Source of the DNA: Prasinococcaceae sp. CCMP 1430
Lineage: Eukaryota; Plantae; Prasinodermophyta
Direction: 5' to 3'
NCBI GenBank assembly: GCA_013416795.1
Contig: RQSC01000486.1
Location: 1 to 37,729 of the forward strand
Length of the DNA: 37,729 nt
Of the stretch, positions 9,490 through 19,623 are shown piece after piece. Positions within the stretch are counted from its first letter, which is position 1; each line of letters begins with the position of its first letter. The notes beneath the pieces are model-generated. The model was given only the letters and a program-made list of their open reading frames with translations. It had not been told where the DNA came from and searched no databases. Position numbers and translations under genes: made by a program.

Positions 9490-9770
9490 GCCTGGGCGTC
9501 GTCGTGAACGCCGCGCGCGCGGGCAACGAGGCGCGCTTCGTCAACGACTACCGCGGGACCGGGCGGCCGCGCAACGCGGCCATCGGCGAGTACCTGCAGG
9601 GGGGCGACCCCGCCAGGCCGCGCGTGGCCTTCGTGGCGGCCGCGCCCATCGCGCGCGGCGACGAGATATTGGTGAGCTATGGGAAGGGCTTCTGGCAGCA
9701 GCGCGAGGCCGAGGCGGAGGAGGCGGAGGCGCGGGACGGGCCTGCGAGCGCAGTGGATGGCGTGTTGTAA
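9490..9770 (+). CDS. C-terminal part of a SET-domain protein, 5' part lost at the N at 9489
   Basis: VNAARAGNEARFVNDYRG...VAFVAAAPIARGDEILVSYGKGFW corresponds to the SET NHxC-like and GEELxxDY motifs. Confidence 0.75.
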
Positions 9771-9930
9771 CATATGTTCGCGTGCACGAGCGTGGCACGC
9801 ATCTGATGCCGAGCCTCCGCGCGTGCGCGCGCGTATCATTCGTGTATGTGTGGCGCGCTCGCGTACCCGTCGCCGTGACAGGCATGTGCGTGGCGTCAGG
9901 TGTGGACTGATGAACCCCAGCACGTAGCAT

Positions 9931-12262
9931 CTAGCGTCGACCGACGATGGGCGCGGTAAGCCGTTCGGACGCTCGCTTCGGCGCGCGCGGCATGGCTGTG
10001 GGCGCCGGGGCGGCTTGAAGGGCGTCGACATTCGTGGCGTCCGCCAGTGCCACGTGGTGCTGTGGCACGTTGCCGTCCGCGGCGCTTCCGTCGCCACAGC
10101 TTTCGTCCGGATCCTCGCGGCCGGGCGCCGGCTCCGCCGACTCGTACGTCGGGCCCCCGCCACTGCAGCCGTGCGAGTCCGAGGGCGCATTGGCGGGCGT
10201 CGAGGCGCCGGACGAAGATTCACGCTCGCTGCTCCCGCCCTTGCTGCTTCCAGAGGCGGGCACCACGTCGCCCACGTCGTCGGTGCCACCACTGGCACTG
10301 GCAGAAGCGCTTGCAGCGACAGCGACGGTAGCGTCGACGCCAGCCCTGGTGGGCGCATCGAAGCGAGACGCAGCGGCAGTCAGGGAGGCCGGCGCGTCGC
10401 ATCCCTCACCGCCATAGCTCATGCCTGTGGTGACACCAGCAGTCTCAGCGGCGGCGGGGCTCGTGACGGTTTGCGCCCCGCTGTCTTGCGTGGCGAGTAT
10501 CTGCATGAGCGCGCCTTGGGTGGCCTCGAGTGCTTGCAGATGCGCGACCTCCATGACCGCCCAGGCCTGTGTGGACTCGCACCGACGCGCGAAAGGGGGC
10601 ACGCAGTAAGCGGCGCGGCCCGGCCCTGTCAGCGGTGCGCATGACGTCACGCGAACTGTCGATGCACGAAACGGGCGCGCGACCGCCAAAACAGCACGCC
10701 GCGCCGCAGGCACGCGAGGACACGCCGAAGCCCTGACAGGTCGGTCGACGTGGCCGCAGCAGGGATGCGCGTGATTGGGGCGAACAGGGCGAGGCGCTTG
10801 CGGCGGAGCGGCGCGAATGACGCACCTCGTTGGAGCGCCGCAGGCCGTCGCTGAGCAGCTTGAGCTCGGACCGAAGGTTGCCGACGTGGTCGCAGAGCAC
10901 GTCGAGCTCCGCGCGATGGGTGGAGATCTCGGCGACGAGCTGGGCGTAGTCCGAGGTCGGTAGGCGGATCGCATCCTCCTCGACGTCCTTCGCGCTGACG
11001 TTGGCGCCAGCCTGAGACTTGGTAAGGGGCGGGGCGCGCGCTGGCACGTCCTCGTCTTCGGTCTCCGCGAGTCTGTCTCCAGTGGCGGTGTCGATGGCGC
11101 CCACGGCGGCGTTGAAGCGCTCGACGATCCTCGCGACTTTGGTCGGCGTCGGCCTGCGAAGGCTGCCGCGACGACGACGCTCGGATGCCGCAGGCGCAGC
11201 ACCGGTGGGTGCCGCAAGCGCCTGACCCTCGCGGCCGCCGCCACTGGCATCGGCGGCGTCCGTTCGTTCGAAGGCCGCGCGCGCCTCGGCCGCGCGGGCC
11301 AGCGCCTTGGCGAGGGCGCCCTGCGCGCGCGTCTTCTCGGCGGACGGGGTCCTGGCGGGCGCGGCGGGCGCGACGTCCCCGACGCCACGACGGTCGCGGT
11401 CGACAGCGCGCCGTGCGCACGTGGTTGGAAAAATACGTACTGTCAGTCAGTGGCAGCGGCATGCCAAGGTTGTGCACGCGACAGAGCATGCACACGCACA
11501 CGCGAGGGCGAGGGCGGACGCGCGCTGGCGCGCACACGCGGACGCGACGGAGCAGCGCACGCGCGCGCAGGCACGGCACACTCAAACGTTTCAAACACGT
11601 CAAGCGCACGCGACACACAATGCCTCGTCGACGGCGTCAGGTCCGTCGACCACGGACCTGTCCGCGCTGCCAACGCCTTGCGAGTCGCGCCCGCCGCCCG
11701 CCACCGTCGAGGACGTCGCCTCGGCAGCTGGCTCGAGCTTCGAAAGAGCGGCCGGCAGCGACTCCGCCTCGCCTTCGTCGACGTATGCCCCGCGCGCATC
11801 GCTATTGGCGCCTGCGCTAACAGGCACCTCGGACTCGGCGGTGTCGCCGACAGGCGCGACGGCAGCGGCGGCAGCGATGGAGACGAACGAGGAGCTCTCG
11901 CCCGCGTTGGGGTTGGTCGCCCGGGCCGCCGCGTCGGCCGCGGCGCGCCGGCGCCTCCTCGCGCGCCTCCCCGCGGTCCTCAGCCGGCGGCGCGCGAGGC
12001 CCAGGCCGAGCAGCNNNNNNNNNNNNNNNNNNNNNNNNNNNNNNNNNNNNNNNNNNNNNNNNNNNNNNNNNNNNNNNNNNNNNNNNNNNNNNNNNNNNNN
12101 NNNNNNNNNNNNNNNNNNNNNNNNNNNNNNNNNNNNNNNNNNNNNNNNNNNNNNNNNNNNNNNNNNNNNNNNNNNNNNNNNNNNGCCCCGGCGGGCGGCG
12201 GTGTGGCGCGGCGCCGACAGCGCCGCCGCGCAACGCCGCCCTCGCGTTTGAATTTCTGGCGC
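9931..12262 (-). CDS. Hypothetical multi-exon low-complexity/coiled-coil protein spanning gap 12015-12184; confident exons ~11350-10826 and 10566-9931
   Basis: A phase-0 GTGCGT...CACAG intron lies at 10825-10567. The heptad-like segment [32 protein letters not shown] joins [24 protein letters not shown]. No family recognised. Confidence 0.5.
12015..12184. other. Assembly gap
   Basis: Run of N. Confidence 1.
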
Positions 12263-12479
12263 TGTGTGTGTGTGTGTGTGTGTCTGTGTGTGTCTGTGTG
12301 TGTGTGTGTGTCTGTGTGCGTGTGCGTGTGTGTGTCAGTGTGTGTGTGTGTTGTGCGTGTGTGTGTGTGTGTGTGTGCGTGTGTGTGTGTGAAGCTACAC
12401 GCCTCGACGATCTGTGCAAGGGCCCAAAAAAAAAATACAGGACATGCGCGCAAATGCGCCAACCCCAACCTCGCGCTTA

Positions 12480-12860
12480 GGGCGTTTTGAATGCCAACTG
12501 ATGTAGTCCATAGACCCGCGTCTGGATCAACCACATACAAATATATAGTACAAAGGTTCATAACCCCAAACTCGCGCCGCGGGCGTGTCGAATACATGGC
12601 GACTGACGAAGCACACAGACCCTCTGTTTGTATGAACCTTAATTAGTTCGTAACCTCAACCTCGCGCGGGCGAGAAAAGATCGGCGCTGAGCTGGCGCCG
12701 GCGCGCACGCGGGCGACGCCCGTTTCCGCGCCCGCCGAAATTCCATCCAAACTATTCACACACGGATGGAATAATTCGTACAAATCCGCGTTTTAGTAGG
12801 ACATATGACATTAATAAACAGCGGGGAATGCGTATTATGTTTGCGTGAAAGCGTTCAATA
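12480..12860. promoter_or_regulatory. AT-rich island between divergent genes (probable promoter region)
   Basis: GC drops markedly between the - strand gene and the + strand ARM gene. Function is inferred from position only. Confidence 0.45.
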
Positions 12861-13320
12861 ACCGCGAAGGCGCGCGGCGAAATTGGGACCGTCTGCGGGT
12901 TTTCGTGGCGCCGCGCAGCGCCATCGCCCGCGGGGGGGTGGGGTGTGTGTGTGGGGGGGAAGGCCTCCCTCCCTCCCTCCCTCCCTCCCTCCTTGCCTCT
13001 CTTTCCGCGGCCCCGGCGCTCTCCCGCCCTTCCTCCTTCCCATCGCCCGCGTGTCCTCGCTCGCATCCTCCTTCCCCCCTGCTAGCAGCCCCTGCTGCTG
13101 CTCCTGCTCCGCCCGCGCGCTCCCGTCGGACGCGCGAGGCGGAGCGCGGCGGAGGGGGGATGCGGCGCGGCGCGGCGCCACAACGCGCGCGCGGCACTCG
13201 CTCACTCACTCGCACTCACTCACACGCCCGCCCGCCCGCCCGCTCGCACGCAGGCGCGCGCGCGTGCCCACACCGCCTTCCCCCCCCCTCGCCTTCCTCG
13301 CACGCTCTACGGGGATTCCC

Positions 13321-14617
13321 ATGGCGTCTAAAGTCGCGGCGGCCCACGACCGCGACCCCGCGGACCTCGTGGGCCTCATCTCCGACCACGCCGGCGAGAC
13401 GGGCGCCGAGGCGGCGCTCGCGCTCGCGTCGCTGACGGGATCCGACAGCGGCTGCGAGGCCGCAGAGGACGCCGGCGCCGTCCCCGCGCTGCTCGCGTAC
13501 GGTCCGTGCATGCGCGCCCACGCGCGTGCGCGCGCGTGCAGGGAGCGTGCGTGTGTGCGTGCGCGTGAATGCACATGTGCTTGTGTGTGACGCGAGATGC
13601 GTGCGTGCGCGTGCGTTTCTATGTTGTGCGCGTGCGCGCCTGCGTGTAGGTGCGCGTTCATCGCGTGCGCATGTACGTGCGCGCGCGTCCTTGCGCCCCC
13701 GTGCCTGACAACGGACCGATCGGCACGTCACACATGCACACGACGCGCGCGCACTCGCACGCACACGCACACGCACACGCACCCGCACGCACGCGCAGTG
13801 AGCGACGCCTCCGGTGACGCCGAGGGCCGCCGCAACTGCGCGCGCGCCGTAGGCCACATCGCGCGCCACTCCGAGGGCGCGCGCGCCCGCCTGTGCGCCG
13901 CCGGTGCCATCGACGTGCTGGCGGCGTGCCTCGCCGACGCCGACGCGCCCATGGACACCCGCGCCGCCGCCGCCGAGGCGCTCGACAACCTCGCCCGCGG
14001 CGCCGCGCCGCAGGGCGACGAGGTGCGTGGTGTGCGCGCGTGTGTAGGCGTGGGAGCGCGTGGGTGGAGGTTCGGGTGCGCGCGCATTGCCTATGTGTCT
14101 CTGCGTCTGACAAAAGATCGATCGGCACATCACACACCCGCGCACACACACACACACACACACACAACAACACACGCGTGCGCACACACACTAACAAAAA
14201 AGTCGCGCATGCGCGCCATCGCCGCGACGGGCGTCGCCCTGCCCGCCCTCGTCGACCTCCTCGGCTCCGACTCGCGCCACGTGCGCGAGGTGGCCGCGGC
14301 GGCCACGTACGCGCTCACCCTCGCCGACGGCACCGAGCGCCGCGGATCGCTCTCCGCGGCAGGCGCAGTCGGGGCGCTCAAGGTGCGCGCAAGCGCGCGC
14401 GTTCGCGTCTGCGTGTGAGCGCGCGTGTGAGCGTGTGTGCGTGTTTCTCGCGCGAGTCTTCGTGGCGTCTTGCTCTCTGCTTGCCCCCTCTGACAAAGGA
14501 TCCGTCGGCGCGGCGCACGCGCACAAGACGGTCGCCGGCAAGGGCGGCTCCGCCGCGTGGTGGTCCAGGCAGAGCCTCGAGCACATCGAGGGCGCGGGCG
14601 CCGCGCGCGCCGCGTGA
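13321..14617 (+). CDS. Armadillo-repeat protein; exons 13321-13501, 13799-14022, 14203-14382, 14528-14617
   Basis: ARM-like units (AGAVPALL, RLCAAGAIDVLAACL..AAAEALDNLA, GVALPALVDLLGS..VREVAAAATYALT, AGAVGALK). Three GT-AG introns have matching phases. Confidence 0.8.
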
Positions 14618-14906
14618 GCGCGCTGCGCGAGGGCGTGTGCGCGCGCACACGCGCGTGTGTGGCACGACGAGGCGCCGCTGTGCGGCGCGAACGTAAGGTG
14701 GCATCATCCAAAAGATCCTACGGTATTGGGCTGTGCCACTCTGCTACCACGGCGCCCGCGTACGCGCGCACGCGTCTAGGTGTGTGTGTGTGTGTGTGTG
14801 TGCGTGCGTGCGCGCGCGCGGATGCGCGTGTGCCTGCATGCACGCGTGTGGTAAGTGTTGAAGTATGTGTGTGTGTGTGCGTGCAGGTTTTCTCCTCTCG
14901 GGAGGT

Positions 14907-15439
14907 TCACGCCGTGAGCGAGTCCCAGTCGAACTCGCGACTGGCCTCCGCCGCCTCAACGGCGGCGTTCATCGCGCGGCTCGGGTCGGCGCCTGGTCGT
15001 GTGCATGTTTGCGTGTGTATGCGTGTGTGAGGGCAAGGCGGCGCGCGCGCGAACGGGCGCGTGTAGTAAGGCTCCCGTCAGCGAAATACGCAAATGCGCC
15101 TCCATCCCGCAACAAAAGTCCATGCAGGATGCCAAACACACACACACACACACATCCACACGCACACACACAAATATGCACACACGCGCGCGCGCACAAA
15201 CACGCCATACGCGCTCAACCGCACCCACACGCACGCTCGCACGCGCACACGCGTGCGCGCGCGCGCGCGCGTTCGCACCCGGCTGGCCCTTCTGCAGCAT
15301 GGGCGGGACCAGCCACGCCGTCTCCGGCATGTCTCCGAGCGCCGCGCGCACGATGGCGGGGAGGGAGCGCTCGCTCTGCCCCTCGGTGTTCCCCTTCGCG
15401 TCGCCGTCGCCCTCCTGAGATGTGCGTGCGTGTGTGTGT

Positions 15440-15501
<62 letters not shown>

Positions 15502-15944
15502 ATAAAGAGCTGTCAGCGCGCTGAGCGAATGCTCATGCGTCCTTCCTCACACGCACGTACGCACGCGCCGCGCACACAACACACACGCCCACGCCCACGC
15601 CCACACACGTGCTCACACGGGCCCACTCACACACGCGAGCGAGCGAGCGCCCGCGCGCGCGCCTGTGCCCGCACCTCCCCCTCCGGCGCCTCGTCCGCCA
15701 GCGCGGCGGCGCGCAGCTCGAGCGCCGACAGCCACACGGCGACGCCGTCCACCATCGCGCGCATGGAGTCGATGGCCGCGCGCACGCCTTCGACCTCCTC
15801 CTCGCCGCCGCGGTTGCCGTAGAGGGCGTCGTCGACGTCGATGCTCACAGCCCTGCGCGGCGCGGCGCGGATGAGCGTCGCTGTGTGGTCAGAGGGCGGC
15901 GCGCGTGGGCGCCGGAGGTCGCAATCGCACGCACACGTGCGGAC

Positions 15945-15981
<37 letters not shown>

Positions 15982-16306
15982 AGGCACACGCGCAAACGCA
16001 CGCGCACATACACACACGGAGGGCGAACCCTCTCTCTCTCTCTCTCTCACGCACACACACACACACATGCAACACGCACGCAGACACACACACACACACG
16101 TGCGACACACACACGCACACACACGCACAGCGAAAGACAGAGACACTCACCTTCCGGACATGTTCATGAATCCCCTTGGCCCGAACTCGCCCAGCCTGCG
16201 CACGCGGCTGGAGAGCGCGTCCCTCTCGACGATGTCGTATACGCAAATCTGCGGGAAGGCGTGGTCAGCGCGCGGCGCATTGCGAGCACACGCATGCACG
16301 CACACA

Positions 16307-16338
<32 letters not shown>

Positions 16339-16340
16339 TG

Positions 16341-16397
<57 letters not shown>

Positions 16398-16727
16398 TAC
16401 GTACAATCGGTTGCGTACGAGTGGTCGGAAGCGCCGCCCGTTGAAAATGATGGTGGGAATGCGTTGCATTTGTGCCGTGTGACTGCACGCGCGCGCGCGC
16501 GGGTGTTGAGCGGGCCCGACTCGGAGGGCGGCGCAAGGGGGGGAGGGGGCGGGAGGCGTGTCACACTGCGCATGCGCGGCGGTGGTGGCGGGGGGGGGGG
16601 AGGGCGCGGTCGCGGGGGGAGCTCGCGCGGCGCGCGCTCTCGCGCCTGCGACGGGACGGGGCGCGGGCAGGATCGCCGCGCTACGACATAGATAGTACTC
16701 CGTTCGTCGCTGTTGGCCATCGATCAT
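14907..16727 (-). CDS. Hypothetical protein; exons 16469-16401, 16248-16151, 15852-15675, 15414-15279, 14992-14907, plus a possible first exon from ATG 16727
   Basis: Five exons join in one open frame through GT-AG sites with consistent phases (MQRIPTIIFNGRRF...ICVYDIVERD...AVSIDVDDALYG...WLVPPMLQKG...FDWDSLTA*). No family recognised. Confidence 0.6.
16301..16395. repeat. (CA)n-TGC-(TG)n inverted microsatellite (near-perfect hairpin/cruciform)
   Basis: CA tract 16301-16338, loop TGC 16339-16341, TG tract 16342-16395, inside intron 16249-16400. Confidence 0.9.
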
Positions 16728-19506
16728 GCCTCCGAAGTACTACCGCCCAGGCACCGACTCGGCGCCCCCGGCCTACTACGACGCTGGGAGGGAAGAGGAG
16801 GAGGCCGAGGAGCAGGCCCGCAAGGAAGAAAGCGGCAACCCGTTCGAAGAGGCAAGCTCCAGGGGGTGCGTGAGCGACGGCGCCGGGCGTGCGGCGTAAA
16901 AGTCATGCCGCGCACTGCCATTTTTGACGCGCTCGCGCGCTGACGCGGCAGGCGCACCCACCCATGACTGGCGCGACAAATCGACACGCTGCGCGCACGC
17001 CGTACTCGCGGCACGCGCACCGCGCGCTGCGAACCACCACACGCGTGCTTTGTGGACGGCAGGTATGCAAGCGGCTCGTCGTCTGCCCACGGCGGGGGCG
17101 GGGCGTACTACAGCGCCCGAGGCGCCACGTCCGTACGTGGCGTGACGTCGCGGATGGCCTCCGCGGGGCTTGCGGGGGACCGCGAAGAGGTGGCGGGCGC
17201 CGCGAGTGAAAGGTTCGCCGGGGTGACAGACGACGCTGCCGGGAGCCCGCCGCTCTTCGAGAGCGCGTCGGTGGGCGTCAGCGGCGGCCACGGCGGCGTG
17301 GGGGCGGCCGCGCAGCGCATGCGCGCGGCGTCAGCCGCGACGTCTGCGGCGGGGATGTCCTCCGCCCCCGCCGGCGACTACGCGCGCAACACTTCGCCAA
17401 GCGCCGCCGCCGCGTACGCGAGCTACGCCTCGGGTGCCTCGGGCAGTGGCAGCGGCGGCGGCGGCGGCGGCGGCCCCCCGGTGACGGCGGCCGAGCTGCC
17501 TCGCCCGGAGTCGTTCGAGGAGTGCTTCGCGCTGGCTGACGCCAACGGCGACGGCCGCGTGGACGGCGGCGAGGCGCGCGCCTTCTTCGCGCAGAGCCGC
17601 CTGCCGCAGGCGGCGCTCGCGCGCGTATGGGTAGCCGCGGACCAGTACAAGCAGGGATCGCTCGACCCCGCAGGCTTCGGACTCATGCTGTGGCTGGTGG
17701 GACTCGCGCAGGCGGGCGAGCCGCCCACGATGGATGCACTGGGCGAGGCATTGGCAAGTGGGCGCGGTCTGCCGTTACCCGACCTACCCGAGCTCGACTC
17801 CTGGCGCGAGCGCGGCAAGGCGCGCGTGGCGAAGGCGCGCAGCGCCGCAGCGGACAGGGAGAGTTCCGAGGGCGCCTTTAAGCCCAGCGGCAAGAAGAGC
17901 GGCTGGTTCGGCATGGGGCGCAAGCGCAGTGTGCCCAAGGCGAAGATCTCGGCCAAGAATGTCAACTCGATGGTCGAGGCGCTCAAGGTGCTCTACCGCA
18001 CGAAGGTGCGCCCCCTGCTCCTCCTCTGGCCGAAGCGCGTGAAAATGAGCGGGCGGGAGTTCCTGCGGCTGAAGCTGCGGTTCGGGTGGCAGGACGACGA
18101 TCCCCAGTACTCGGTGGGCAAGACCTCGTTCATAAGGTACATACTTGGACGCGACTACCCGACTGCGCAGATCGGACCAGAGCCCACCACCGACAGATTC
18201 GTGGCGGTGATGCACTCATACGATGAGGGCGTCACACCCGGCAACACGCTCGCAGTGCAGACAGACAAGCCCTTCACGGCCCTGCAAAAGTTTGGCACAG
18301 CGTTCCTGAACAAGTTCGTCGCCTCCAACTGCCCCGCGGAGCTGCTGGAGCACGTGACCCTCATCGACACGCCCGGCGTGCTCAGCGGCGAGAAGCAGCG
18401 CATCGAGCGCAGCTACGATTTCTCCGCAGCGGTTGAGTGGTTCGCAGAACGCTCCGATCTCATATTGTTGCTGTTCGACCCGCACAAGCTAGACATCTCT
18501 GATGAGTTCAAGCGGGCGATAGGCGCGGTGCGCATGGCGAGCGACGACAAGGTGCGCGTGGTGCTCAACAAGGCCGACCAGGTGAGCACGCAGCAGCTCA
18601 TGAGAGTGTATGGGGCCCTCATGTGGTCCCTCTCTCGCGTGGTCCGCACGCCCGAAGTGCTCCGCGTATACATCGGCAACTTCAGGGACGCAGAGTACAT
18701 GGTGAAGGACAACGCCGACTTACTCGATCGCGAGGTGCGTACGACGCCACGTTAGCTCTACCAGTGGCCGAGAGGCGAATGGCTCTATTTGCACGTGCGC
18801 CCCCGCCGCTGCGCGCAGCAACTTGTTGAACTTGAATATTGAACGCGCGCGCAAAAGGGCGGAAAGGCGCCGCGGGTCGTCTGTCACTCGACAGGCCTTT
18901 GCCGCTCGGCGGCTCTGCGGGGTGCCAGCCTCCGCCAGCCTCCGCCAGCCCGCTTTCGTGCGTGATTGCATGTGTGATGATTTGCATGCGTAAATATCTA
19001 ACGCGCCGATCAAACGACGAAACTACGCACGGACGGGTGGCGCGGGCGTGCCCTCCGATCCAACTGATCCCATCGACCATCGGCGGCGCGCACTGGCACC
19101 GTCACAGCGCGATGACCTCCTGAACGATCTGTACGACCTTCCGCGTCGCAACGTCGCGCGCAAGATCAACGAATTCGTGAAACGCACTCGAGCGACGAAA
19201 ATCCACGCATACATCATGGCGTACCTGCGGGCGAAGGTGCCAACGTTCGGCAAGGAAAAGTGGCACGCCCGCCAGCTGGAGAAAATGGAGGAGACGTTCC
19301 AAAAGGTGGCCGCGCAGCACGCGCTCGCCCCAGGGGACTTCCCACCGGTGGAGTATTTTCGCGAGAAGATGCAAGGCTTCAAGGTCCACAAGATCCCCAG
19401 CATCAGCAAGAGAGCCATAGAAAGACTCGACGAGGTCCTCTCGGAGGACCTGCCGCGCATGATGCAGCAGTACGGCAATCCGTTTGCCGAGGCGGCCTCG
19501 TACTGA
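16726..19506 (+). CDS. EHD: EH-domain-containing dynamin-like ATPase (plant-type EHD, N-terminal EH); exons 16726-16865, 17063-18734, 19108-19506
   Basis: EF-hand/EH domain (FALADANGDGRVDGGEARAFF), QYSVGKT, IGPEPTTDRF, IDTPGVLSGEKQRIERSYDF, LFDPHKLDISDEF, VVLNKAD and LPRRNVARKINEFVKR. Intron phases (2 and 0) are consistent. 18018-18104 is anomalous (see findings). Confidence 0.92.
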
Positions 19507-19623
19507 ACCTTCGCCACTTCCAGGAAGGACCGGAAGGCAGGGCCTGGAGCGCCTAGCAAGCCGGCGCGCATCCCCCCCCCCCCCTAGTGTGTTGTTCAAT
19601 ATTTCATTATCTTTACTGCTATG

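Noticed and set aside
9480-9500. Apparent long + strand ORF 8229-9770 ending in a SET domain, and an apparent OXNAD1/SET overlap
   Set aside because: The single N at 9489 is a contig join. Left of it the ORF is antisense to TypA and OXNAD1, so both real genes are simply truncated.
18018-18104. Ordinary inversion or small intron as the explanation for the odd EHD segment
   Set aside because: The reverse complement does not give EHD sequence, whereas the plain complement does. Removing the block as an intron would delete essential residues, and it lacks GT-AG ends.
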